Sequence record: NC_031928.1
Direction: 5' to 3' (one strand)
DNA length: 64,000 bases
DNA from: Escherichia phage WG01
Part shown: piece by piece, positions 35,989-45,439 of the stretch
Layout: every line of letters starts with the position of its first letter
How positions within the stretch are numbered: the stretch's first letter is position 1
Made by a program: the position numbers and the translations under genes
The notes under the pieces: generated by a model
The model's database searches: none
Told to the model about the DNA's origin: nothing
Seen by the model: only the letters and a program-made list of their open reading frames with translations

Positions 35989-36453
35989 TTATTTGATTTG
36001 TTTAGCAGACCAGATACGGTCTTTGATGATTTTCTGAATATCTTCAACATACTCTAAGTCGTGAGCATGTGGATTATCTTTGAAGCTATGTGCTCGTGCC
36101 AGTTTCTGGCCTTCTGTTTTGATTACTAAAAGCTCTTTAAGAATTGCTTCATACTTAGAAATAATTCCTTTGGCGATATTTTTTTCTTGAGCGGCTTTAG
36201 GGTCCGCTTTTGACGCAGGTGCTTTACCTGTAGCTTTCTGGAACAATTCACCTGATGCAGCTAGGCTTTTAAAAACTCGGCTAACAGTATTGGCATTAGT
36301 AAAACCTTCGGCTTTAAAATCTTTAATAAAACGGAAACGTTCTTCATCAGAGGCGTCTTTGTAAGAATATTTACCTGCTTGAATTGCTGCAATCGCAGCG
36401 GCTTTTACATCTGAACTAGATTGTTCAGTCAAAAATTCATTGTAAGTTTTCAT
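35989..36453 (-). CDS. internal-protein-like packaged protein (CTS-tagged, 154 aa)
   Basis: N-terminus [10 protein letters not shown]; late promoter ~27 nt upstream. Confidence 0.6.
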   Translation of the reverse strand: MKTYNEFLTEQSSSDVKAAAIAAIQAGKYSYKDASDEERFRFIKDFKAEGFTNANTVSRVFKSLAASGELFQKATGKAPASKADPKAAQEKNIAKGIISKYEAILKELLVIKTEGQKLARAHSFKDNPHAHDLEYVEDIQKIIKDRIWSAKQIK

Positions 36454-36479
36454 ATTATTTCCTAAGTTAGTTTACTACA

Positions 36480-36487
36480 TATTTATA
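36480..36487 (-). promoter_or_regulatory. late promoter TATAAATA
   Basis: exact TATAAATA on the minus strand ~27 nt upstream of the ATG at 36453. Confidence 0.55.
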
Positions 36488-36488
36488 C

Positions 36489-36518
36489 AAAAAAAGCCCA
36501 ACCTTTCGGAAGGGCCTT
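36489..36518 (-). terminator. rho-independent terminator ending the tRNA/stable-RNA transcript
   Basis: same hairpin as 35356..35384 (GNRA loop) followed by T7. Confidence 0.55.
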
Positions 36519-36559
36519 TAACCTAGGGTAACCTTGTCGGGGTTCCACCTGCTAGGCAA

Positions 36560-36898
36560 GTGTTTGTACGAAACGCCGGGATTCGAACCCGGTTATTAAG
36601 TAGTTGACGCCACTCAATATTTTTAAAAGGCCATATCTCGACCATATCCGAACGTTCCGTCAAAAACGCTACTCGGCTTACGGCAAAGATATTTCCTCGA
36701 ATCGATAATTCGGTGCGCCGTTTCTGCTGTGATGTAAGGGGACGTTAACAGATCGTAAAGATTTGTTAATGCCAGTCCTTACTCAGGGAACATCAGTCCG
36801 ACGACTTACCGGTAGCGACCCGGTTTCTTGTTTGTTGCGCCGGTGAATGCTGGTAATCAGTCTTCATACGACGGCTTGACTATATAATAGTCTTCATT
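36560..36898 (-). ncRNA. candidate stable RNA(s) downstream of the tRNAs
   Basis: ~340 bp with no ORF of 60 aa or more; minus-strand T-arm-like hairpin CCGGG-TTCGAAT-CCCGG at ~36575-36595; no full cloverleaf found by eye. Confidence 0.25.
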
Positions 36899-36973
36899 TG
36901 GTATCCCGCCCTGGGATCGAACCAGGACCGCAAACTTAGAAGGATCGTATGCTATCCATTACACCAGCGGGAC
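36899..36973 (-). tRNA. tRNA-Arg (anticodon TCT)
   Basis: minus strand cloverleaf with anticodon loop CTTCTAA, T-loop GGTTCGATCC and encoded CCA. Confidence 0.8.
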
Positions 36974-36978
36974 GTAGT

Positions 36979-37055
36979 TGGTGACCCAGACCAGATTTGA
37001 ACTGGTAACCTTTCCCTTATGAGGGGACTGCTGCTAACCATTGAGCTACAGGGCC
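36979..37055 (-). tRNA. tRNA with CAT anticodon (Met or lysidine-type Ile)
   Basis: minus strand GGCCCTGTAGCTCAATGGTTAGCAGCAGTCCCCTCATAAGGGAAAGG...GTTCAAATC...CCA. Confidence 0.7.
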
Positions 37056-37060
37056 TTAAA

Positions 37061-37327
37061 TCAAACTACAAATCCAGCAGGAGCATTATCATCTTTAGCC
37101 ATGTGCTGAATTGTATGATAAGTCATTTCTTCAGGAGCAACCAGATAAGCCGCAGCGTTAACTAGTGGAATTATTTTTGGTTTAGCGAATGTGCTATCGG
37201 CAATTGCCATAAAGGGCTCGCCGTCGGTCTCAACTTCACCAAATTGACATTCATACGAAATAGAACAACGTTTGGTAGTGGTTGTCTTGGTTGCCGGGTC
37301 ATAAAAAGCTAATTTTAATACTAACAT
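37061..37327 (-). CDS. hypothetical protein (88 aa)
   Basis: ORF track start is GTG; ATG at 37327 with GAGGTG RBS. Confidence 0.4.
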   Translation of the reverse strand: MLVLKLAFYDPATKTTTTKRCSISYECQFGEVETDGEPFMAIADSTFAKPKIIPLVNAAAYLVAPEEMTYHTIQHMAKDDNAPAGFVV

Positions 37328-37506
37328 AAACACCTCAAATAAAATTAAGTAAAGTAAGTTTGATTAATAGACCTTGTCTATTATGAAAGGTTCTTTGAGG
37401 GAAGAACCTTTGGTAATAGAGGGTTACTTAATAATGTTAGAGTAATAATAACACATTACTCTTAAAGCATATTACTATTTTTAGGAATAGTCTGGTCAAA
37501 TTTGAT

Positions 37507-37797
37507 TCATTGTGGCCACATATTAATGTAATCAAGTTTAATAGAAGCAATCTTCAAAGGATTTTTAAAGATGTCGTATTCGACCAACCCGTTTTCAGTT
37601 GCGGTGTAGAAAGTAAAGTTAACAGAATTATAACGGCGACCATTAACTTTTAGTTTAACGTCGCTTGAACTACGACCAATATTAACCTGTTGGACATCAA
37701 GCACAGCACCTTTGCCAAAGTTGCGAATCAGTAGCTCTGCTGCAACCTGGTCTGAATTATATCCATTCTCTGGATTAGTAACCTTAACGTATAACAT
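37507..37797 (-). CDS. hypothetical protein (96 aa)
   Basis: ATG ORF. Confidence 0.4.
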   Translation of the reverse strand: MLYVKVTNPENGYNSDQVAAELLIRNFGKGAVLDVQQVNIGRSSSDVKLKVNGRRYNSVNFTFYTATENGLVEYDIFKNPLKIASIKLDYINMWPQ

Positions 37798-38199
37798 TTA
37801 ACCCTCGTCTACAATAGTATGGGTATTGGCATTAACAATCTGCCACCAGTCAAAACGATCTGAGCCGTAAAGAGGATTATTCTCGTTTTCTTTAACAATT
37901 TCACGTAGTTCGTCTTCAGAAAATGCTTTAGCGATTAAATCGGTATAGCCACCACGTGGATAATAGTTATCACCAGCGAACAAAAGGAAATTTACCTTTC
38001 CAGAAGGAACATATGCTTCCTTAGGATACTTGTTTCCTGCATGGTCTACCACTTCAATATAACGGTAAGGAATATCAGTACTTTCAACCCATTGCCAAGC
38101 CGCAGCAGGGGATTCAAAAGCATCAACACCTAAACGGTTATCTTCATCTTTAGACGGATTATTTTCATAATCCGCATATACATAATATTCAACGTTCAT
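37798..38199 (-). CDS. hypothetical acidic protein (133 aa)
   Basis: ATG ORF. Confidence 0.4.
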   Translation of the reverse strand: MNVEYYVYADYENNPSKDEDNRLGVDAFESPAAAWQWVESTDIPYRYIEVVDHAGNKYPKEAYVPSGKVNFLLFAGDNYYPRGGYTDLIAKAFSEDELREIVKENENNPLYGSDRFDWWQIVNANTHTIVDEG

Positions 38200-38384
38200 T
38201 ATTCACCTTTAGAGATTTTATCCATAACGATAGCGATTAAGCCGATTAGAAATGCTACTACCAATGAGATAGAATTTTCTGTTGTTGTCAGTAGTCCACA
38301 AATGAATCCTACAAACATCGAAAAGCTAAAAGCCATTGAAGCAATTACTACAGCAACATTACGAATCAGTTCAGCGCGTTTCAT
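38199..38384 (-). CDS. small membrane protein (61 aa)
   Basis: two hydrophobic helices. Confidence 0.4.
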   Translation of the reverse strand: MKRAELIRNVAVVIASMAFSFSMFVGFICGLLTTTENSISLVVAFLIGLIAIVMDKISKGE

Positions 38385-38401
38385 TTTATTCTCCTCAGTA
38401 G

Positions 38402-38442
38402 TTGATAGGGTAATAGTATCACTACCCTATCTAAAAGTAAAC
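38402..38442 (-). promoter_or_regulatory. early promoter cassette
   Basis: GTTTAC -35 and dyad AGGGTAATAGTATCACTACCCT. Confidence 0.5.
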
Positions 38443-38453
38443 GGTTTTATAAA

Positions 38454-38762
38454 CTATTTTATTCCGCGTGATGCAATCGTATTCTGCCGTTTAACGCCAG
38501 TTTGTTTAAAGTTATGATTGTCGAGTTGATCGGTACGAGCAACTCCGAATGATGATTTAATCTTAGCTTTAGATCCTTTAGTTATAGAAATAAACATCTC
38601 GGGAGCCCCTTTCTTAAAGTCCGAAGCAATTACTTCAACACCGTTCTTAGCAAGTGACCTCAGAATTGCTTCCACATACTCATCATCAAGACCTGCTTGA
38701 GTATGAATAACGAATGTCTTTGGTGCAGCCGCTTCATTGATAAATTCTTGGTATGATTTCAT
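38454..38762 (-). CDS. internal-protein-like packaged protein (CTS-tagged, 102 aa)
   Basis: N-terminus MKSYQEFINE. Confidence 0.6.
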   Translation of the reverse strand: MKSYQEFINEAAAPKTFVIHTQAGLDDEYVEAILRSLAKNGVEVIASDFKKGAPEMFISITKGSKAKIKSSFGVARTDQLDNHNFKQTGVKRQNTIASRGIK

Positions 38763-38784
38763 TTTATTTTCCTAATTAATTTTG

Positions 38785-38822
38785 ATGAGATAATAGTACC
38801 ACAACCCTATTTAAAAGTAAAC
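38785..38822 (-). promoter_or_regulatory. early promoter cassette
   Basis: GTTTAC -35 and TACTAT -10-like. Confidence 0.45.
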
Positions 38823-39095
38823 TCATTTTAAATAAATTGCATATTTTTTATAACCCGCTGTCTCATGACGAAGACCCTTATCATTAGCAAAACGCTCAAT
38901 GTTGTTAATTTGATTCTGGTCAAGTTCAGAGATGTCAAACACGAAAAAGTTACGTTTGTTGCCTAAAGTTACGTGATTAGTCAAATCGATGTTATAGAGA
39001 TGATTTATATTATCAATCATGGTCTTAACAGATTTGTTAATTTTTACTTCTTCATTAAGAATAGATTCAGCGATAAATTCTTGGTATGATTTCAT
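38823..39095 (-). CDS. internal-protein-like packaged protein (CTS-tagged, 90 aa)
   Basis: N-terminus MKSYQEFIAE. Confidence 0.6.
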   Translation of the reverse strand: MKSYQEFIAESILNEEVKINKSVKTMIDNINHLYNIDLTNHVTLGNKRNFFVFDISELDQNQINNIERFANDKGLRHETAGYKKYAIYLK

Positions 39096-39096
39096 T

Positions 39097-39318
39097 TTAT
39101 TCTACGCCTGCGGCTTTCAAAAGTTTTTTAAGATTGGCTATGCCGCCAGCAGAAAACGTGACCTTGCCACCTTTTTCATTGATAGAGCCAGTCAATTTAG
39201 CAAGCTTATCACTAGGGACTTTTTTAAAATCAGCCAGTATGCCATCAAAGGTTTTTGTAACAACCGGCAGTTGGTCATGTTTTTTGGCTTCTGTAATAAA
39301 TTCTTGATAAGCTTTCAT
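39097..39318 (-). CDS. internal-protein-like packaged protein (CTS-tagged, 73 aa)
   Basis: N-terminus MKAYQEFITE. Confidence 0.6.
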   Translation of the reverse strand: MKAYQEFITEAKKHDQLPVVTKTFDGILADFKKVPSDKLAKLTGSINEKGGKVTFSAGGIANLKKLLKAAGVE

Positions 39319-39345
39319 TTTTGATTTCCGTTTGGTTAGTTTGTT

Positions 39346-39385
39346 TTGATAGGTCTATAGTATCATGCCTATAGACCTTGTAAAC
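39346..39385 (-). promoter_or_regulatory. early promoter cassette
   Basis: GTTTACA -35; dyad GGTCTATAG/CTATAGACC. Confidence 0.55.
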
Positions 39386-39396
39386 AACTTTTTAAA

Positions 39397-40295
<899 letters not shown>

Positions 40296-40303
<8 letters not shown>

Positions 40304-41057
40304 TTTTATTTCCTAATAATTTATCAATAGTGGTGTATAGTTCAGAAAGAGTGCCGTTATTTTCAACAACAACGTCACCAGGTAAAATTGGTAGACCCGC
40401 TTCAGTGATGTGCGAGTCTTGTACTTGACCGGTTTCAGCGCGAACTACATGAATAATCGTAGCACCCATCGCTCTGAGCGAATCAATTTCGTGTGTTTGA
40501 CGAACATCAGGTACGACATAGTATTTCGCATCAGAGTATATTTTATCAAAATAGTCTAAAGCGAACAACTTAACCCAATACATCTTATCAAATTGGTTAA
40601 CAATAATATCAGTCCCAAGGGTCTGCATGAGACGACGTACTGACCAATTGTTATTTTTATTTATTACTTCAAACAGTTGGTCTTTTGTTTCTTCAGACAG
40701 ATACTGGACTGGGGTAAGACCATAATGATATGCGGTACGAACATCCATTCCTGGAATAGGAAGGATATTATTCAGTTTGACAATAGCATTTTCAAAGATA
40801 TCAATCACATCATATGGTTTTAAAGGAATGATTTCTTCACGGTCGTAACCGATACCTTCAAAACAGTTAAAATCTAGTTTAGGCATGTAACTACGGTCGA
40901 ATACAGGGTCATCAGAGATGTATTCATAGGCTTCAGCCAGATACTTTTTAATAGGACCTGCGAGCTGAAATTTTACCGAATCCATATTTTCGATTACATA
41001 GTTAGCAACGGTATCCTTACCGCTACGTTTGATTCCTACAATTGATATTAGTTTCAT
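40296..41057 (-). CDS. 1: deoxynucleoside monophosphate kinase gp1
   Basis: 253 aa; N-terminal P-loop GIKRSGKDT; matches T4 gp1 as recalled. Confidence 0.9.
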
Positions 41058-41647
41058 TATTTTCTCATAGATGGATGCATAGACATACGAGCCACTCGTT
41101 GTTCGGCATACGAATCAATTTGTGGACGACCTGTAACTATTGTACCATCTATTTCTACAGCAAACGATTTGAAGTTGAATGTTGCTGTGGCGATAATCGC
41201 CGGGTCAGAATCCTCTTTATAAGAGTACTGGATTTCCGAGAGGTCGGATGGCCAACCACCGTAGTAATGAATGCTCATTACGATTTTCTGTTTGTTGTTA
41301 TCAAGGATGTGGAGGGTGATAGCTTCCGGTTGACCTTTAGGATGCCAGGCTTCTGAATCATGGGTTACATAGTTGTTTAATGACAACATCCACTTATAAA
41401 CGTCAAGCCACGATTTCAATTCACGGTCCACAAGAAAGTTCACAATCAACGGGTCGAATTCTACAGTAGAACCTGGCAGCTTAGCACGATGTATGCCCTG
41501 GGTCGATCCTGGGACGTCTGAGACCGGAATATGGATACCCGGTAGTGTTACATCTTGTACGTTCAATTTGAATGCCTGTGTCATTCCTGCGTCACTAACC
41601 TCTAAGATAAAGTTAGTAGTGTTAGTTTGGTTAAATAAACCGTTCAT
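41057..41647 (-). CDS. 3: tail completion/sheath stabilizer gp3
   Basis: 196 aa; position between genes 1 and 2 as in T4. Confidence 0.7.
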   Translation of the reverse strand: MNGLFNQTNTTNFILEVSDAGMTQAFKLNVQDVTLPGIHIPVSDVPGSTQGIHRAKLPGSTVEFDPLIVNFLVDRELKSWLDVYKWMLSLNNYVTHDSEAWHPKGQPEAITLHILDNNKQKIVMSIHYYGGWPSDLSEIQYSYKEDSDPAIIATATFNFKSFAVEIDGTIVTGRPQIDSYAEQRVARMSMHPSMRK

Positions 41648-41729
41648 AGGGTTCCTATATTGCTTAAGTCCCAGACAGTGTATAATGGTCCTAGGTCTGT
41701 TCCATTCAATAACTGGCTGGGATAATAGA

Positions 41730-42557
41730 TTATGAATTCTTCCATACTTTCTGAGCTGAATAACGCTTGCCTTTAGACATGAACTGTTGGAGCGGCATCA
41801 TTACGACATTAGCCCAATCAGACGGTTTTATCTCTACTAAAGGTCCCTTAATATTTCCAGGGATATAAGCCTTAATCATCACGTCGGCGCCAGCGAATCC
41901 TTTTACCTTACTCCAATCGATTTTTAATTTAGTCGAGTTCGTAATGGTAGGCGTACTCGCGTATTGCTTCAGCAATTCTTCCAGAAATTGCTGACGTGCT
42001 TTAGGTGGAATATAGTGTAAGTTCAGTCCGTACATTAAATTATGCTTACCTAACCCAAGATAAATTATTAAAGGATATTTGTCCCAGTATGGTAGGGTAT
42101 CCTTATGTTTGGCATCATAGATATAAGCATAAAGCTTACCAGGAGACGGTTTAGATACCTGGTGCCCACGAATTCCTTTCTTTAATGTTTCTGTAAACCA
42201 TTTAGCCGATTTATTGTTTACAGCGGCGCCCTCGTTAGCAATCTTATCACGAATACTCTTTCTAAAACTATTCACCAAAATTAATTGACGTTCTGCTTTG
42301 GTTAATTTATTGCCAGGTTTCTTCTGAAGTTTTTCAACCTGTACAGCAGTTTTAATTCGACTCGAGTATCGAGACATCGCAGATGTAAAGCTAGAATACT
42401 TGATGCCTTTATCTTCAGCGAATTTCTTAGCCGAAACACCTTTAGCCTTAGCGTTGGCATATTCAACGCCTAAAGTTATCCATTGTTGTTCTGAACGAGT
42501 AGGCTTGGAACCTTTTGTAGTTTCAGTAGCCTCGTTGATGTAAGAAAATATACTCAT
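41730..42557 (-). CDS. 2: DNA end protector gp2
   Basis: ~275 aa; ATG at 42557 overlaps gp4 stop; position as in T4. Confidence 0.8.
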   Translation of the reverse strand: MSIFSYINEATETTKGSKPTRSEQQWITLGVEYANAKAKGVSAKKFAEDKGIKYSSFTSAMSRYSSRIKTAVQVEKLQKKPGNKLTKAERQLILVNSFRKSIRDKIANEGAAVNNKSAKWFTETLKKGIRGHQVSKPSPGKLYAYIYDAKHKDTLPYWDKYPLIIYLGLGKHNLMYGLNLHYIPPKARQQFLEELLKQYASTPTITNSTKLKIDWSKVKGFAGADVMIKAYIPGNIKGPLVEIKPSDWANVVMMPLQQFMSKGKRYSAQKVWKNS

Positions 42558-43003
42558 CCTTTCCATCCTAATTTTTTCAGTGAGTTTTCGGTAATCAATC
42601 TGAAATTAATTCCCATTTTATCTGCTGTAGCTTTAGCAGCTTTCCATTTATCTTTATTTACACTCCATGTATAATGTTCGTTGATATATCTCTTTTTAGC
42701 AGCTGTAGTCATTTTAGCAGGCGCCGCTGGAGGATGGGTCTCTTTAAAAGGTTTGACTTCGAAAAAGAATTGTTGACCATTGTCGAACTTCACCCAGAAG
42801 TCCATAAAATACCGACGTTTCTTTCCATCAGCGTTACTAAAATATGGAATCACAACCTCTTCCGAGTTCCACTGGACGACATTAGGATGGTTGTCAAGCC
42901 AACGCATAAGCCATGCTTCCCAAGAGGAACGATATTGGATTTTCTTCCAATCACCTTTATATTTTTGTAAGTTTGTAGGTTTAAATTTCCCTGAGTAGGC
43001 CAT
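42554..43003 (-). CDS. 4: head completion protein gp4
   Basis: 149 aa (T4 gp4 is 150); AGGAGG RBS; divergent from gene 53. Confidence 0.85.
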   Translation of the reverse strand: MAYSGKFKPTNLQKYKGDWKKIQYRSSWEAWLMRWLDNHPNVVQWNSEEVVIPYFSNADGKKRRYFMDFWVKFDNGQQFFFEVKPFKETHPPAAPAKMTTAAKKRYINEHYTWSVNKDKWKAAKATADKMGINFRLITENSLKKLGWKG

Positions 43004-43048
43004 AGTGCCTCCTTATAAATATTAATATTATTTATACTCGGAGGCACT
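43003..43048. promoter_or_regulatory. divergent late-promoter region for genes 4 and 53
   Basis: TATAAATA on the plus strand (43014..43021) and on the minus strand (43029..43036), bracketed by a perfect 9-bp inverted repeat AGTGCCTCC/GGAGGCACT that contains both RBSs. Confidence 0.65.
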
Positions 43049-43651
43049 ATGCTCTTCTCATTTTTCGATCCTATAAATTACGAATCAAAAACAGTCAAGC
43101 CAGATTCCGGCTCATTAACTGATGCCGATGTACTGAGCGTACCGATGACTGATATATTTAGAAACTATAAAGAATATTTTGATAAAGTGGCTAAAAATTA
43201 TACACTTAAAACATATTATATCAGTGGGGCCCCTCGTCCAGAAGAATTAGCCCATCAACTTTATGGTAACGTGCAATTATATTGGGTTTTATTGATGTGT
43301 AATAACGTATATGACCCTTATTACGGCTGGATTACAGGCCAAGAATCTGCGTATCAAGCAGCTATTCAACGTTATGCTACTGCAGGCGGAAACCAAGTCC
43401 TTTATCATGTCAATGAAAAGGGTGAGAAATTCTGGAATCTAGTAAATACTCCGGAAAATCCTTATACTTGGTACGATAAAGGTGATACAGAAAAACGTTA
43501 TCCTCAATATGAAGGTCCTTTGGCTGCAGTAGATATTTACGAGGACGCCATTCGTAAAAATGAATATAAGCGCGAAATAAAGATTATAGACCCTAATGAC
43601 ATCGAGTCCTTTGTTTCCGCTTTAATTAGAGAAATGGAGAAAGCCCTCTAA
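43049..43651 (+). CDS. 53: baseplate wedge protein gp53
   Basis: 200 aa; MLFSFFDPINYESKT matches T4 gp53 as recalled. Confidence 0.9.
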   Translation: MLFSFFDPINYESKTVKPDSGSLTDADVLSVPMTDIFRNYKEYFDKVAKNYTLKTYYISGAPRPEELAHQLYGNVQLYWVLLMCNNVYDPYYGWITGQESAYQAAIQRYATAGGNQVLYHVNEKGEKFWNLVNTPENPYTWYDKGDTEKRYPQYEGPLAAVDIYEDAIRKNEYKREIKIIDPNDIESFVSALIREMEKAL

Positions 43652-45438
43652 TGATTAACATGTCTGATAATGTAAGTTGGTTCGTCGGTGTAGTTGAAGA
43701 CCGAATGGACCCACTCCAACAAGGCCGAGTACGCGTGCGCGTATGGGGTATGCATCCCTATGAAAAGGTGCAAGGTCCTGTAAAAGGCCTTCGTACAGAA
43801 GATTTACCATGGATGTCGGTATTAATGCCTACATCTTCTGCCTCTGTTTCAGGTATCCAAACCGCTATGACTGGTATGGTCCCCGGTACACAAGTTTATG
43901 GTCACTTTCTTGATAAGTGGAAATTAAACGGACTTGTCCTTGGTACATACGGTTCCGCTTCAAGACAGAAGGCTAATCCTAATGAAGGGTTTAGTGACCC
44001 TACAGGCCAATATCCGCTTTATTTAGGTAACGATGCTGCTGCTTTAAACCGAGGTGGTGAAGTTGGATACGATGCCACTTCTAACGTAATACAAGATGCA
44101 AACACTGATGTAGGTATTAATCCTGACGGGTTGGATTTAAGTCAAGTCAAACCAGACGATAATCCTAATTTCACAATAGAAAACATGCTTCATCGTGATG
44201 AAGGGCTTAGACTGAAGGTATATTGGGATACCGAAGGTTATCCTACTATAGGTATAGGCCACCTTATCACACCACAACCTATTAGAGATATGAATCGAAT
44301 AAACAAAATATTATCTAATCAGGTAGGACGAGAAGTTAAAGGTAACCCTGGTGCAATATCAATGGATGAGGCTTCTAAATTATTCCAAGAAGACCTTAAA
44401 AAAGTCCAAAACGATATAGGTCGGCATAGTGTTGTAGGTCCTGTTTACAATAAAGAAAACCGTTCAAGACAAATGGCTCTTGAAAACATGGCTTTCCAAA
44501 TGGGATTAGGTGGATTGGCTAAATTCCGTGGAATGCTTAGTGCAATGCTAATAGGCGATTATAAAAAGGCATTTGAGGAAGCTCGTAATTCAGTATGGTT
44601 TAACCAAACTAAAGGTCGCGCATCAAGGGTGTCAATGATTATCCTCACAGGTAACATGGAATCATATGGTATTATGGCCCCTAAAGAAAGGTCATTTAAT
44701 GGCCGTTCGTATAGAATGATTCAAACCTTTGTGGCCCCTACAAATTCAGACCCTGCCGACCCGTGGACTCCAGAAGACACAAGGATTCTTTTTAAAGAAC
44801 CTGATTCTAGTTATAAAGGCGAATATCCATATGTCCAAACCATGCAAACTGAAGGCGGGCATATCCAAGAATTCGATAATACCCCAGGGCAAGAACGATA
44901 CCGTTTAATCCATCCTACCGGTAGTTATGAAGAAGTTGCTCCTGATGGACGTAAAACTTCTAAGACGGTAGCCGATGGTTATTATATGACCCAAGGCGAT
45001 TCAAATACTTATGTTGGTGGTAATAATAAAGTCAACGTTGGTGGCGATGAAACCTATTATAATATGGCAAACGTGCGCCGTCAAACTGATGGGTCTGAAA
45101 GCATTCATATTCGAGGGAATGAAACCAAAACTGTAGAAGGTAATGGAACTCTGCTTGTTAAAGGAAATGTTAAAATAGTTATTATGGGTACTGCTGATAT
45201 AACTGTTGAACAAGAAGCATATATTACGGTTGAAAAAGATACAACAGTTAATGTCAACCAGAATGCAGATATAAGCGTTAAACAAAAGGCCACAATCAAT
45301 GCTCAAAATATGGATGTAAATGTCGAACAAGATTTAAATTTTGCAGCGACGAACATTAATTTAAACGCATCAAATACTGTGCATATGGATGGCGGTTCAT
45401 TAGCTAAAGTATCTGGTGGCAACGTACAGGTCGGTTAA
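43651..45438 (+). CDS. 5: baseplate hub/central spike protein with lysozyme domain gp5
   Basis: 595 aa; N-terminal WFVGVVEDRMDP; lysozyme domain DEGLRLKVYWDTEGYPTIGIGHL; C-terminal beta-helix repeats. Confidence 0.93.
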   Translation: MINMSDNVSWFVGVVEDRMDPLQQGRVRVRVWGMHPYEKVQGPVKGLRTEDLPWMSVLMPTSSASVSGIQTAMTGMVPGTQVYGHFLDKWKLNGLVLGTYGSASRQKANPNEGFSDPTGQYPLYLGNDAAALNRGGEVGYDATSNVIQDANTDVGINPDGLDLSQVKPDDNPNFTIENMLHRDEGLRLKVYWDTEGYPTIGIGHLITPQPIRDMNRINKILSNQVGREVKGNPGAISMDEASKLFQEDLKKVQNDIGRHSVVGPVYNKENRSRQMALENMAFQMGLGGLAKFRGMLSAMLIGDYKKAFEEARNSVWFNQTKGRASRVSMIILTGNMESYGIMAPKERSFNGRSYRMIQTFVAPTNSDPADPWTPEDTRILFKEPDSSYKGEYPYVQTMQTEGGHIQEFDNTPGQERYRLIHPTGSYEEVAPDGRKTSKTVADGYYMTQGDSNTYVGGNNKVNVGGDETYYNMANVRRQTDGSESIHIRGNETKTVEGNGTLLVKGNVKIVIMGTADITVEQEAYITVEKDTTVNVNQNADISVKQKATINAQNMDVNVEQDLNFAATNINLNASNTVHMDGGSLAKVSGGNVQVG

Positions 45439-45439
45439 T

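Noticed and set aside
36560-36640. A third tRNA around the T-arm-like hairpin CCGGG-TTCGAAT-CCCGG
   Set aside because: I could not build a matching acceptor stem, D-arm or anticodon arm, and the 3' end would be ACA rather than CCA; reported only as a candidate structured RNA.
7265-39385. The repeated ~40-bp cassettes as a CRISPR array or as terminal repeats of a mobile element
   Set aside because: Copies are kilobases apart, imperfect, always oriented with a downstream gene start and match the T4 early-promoter layout; no regular repeat-spacer structure and no transposase or integrase.
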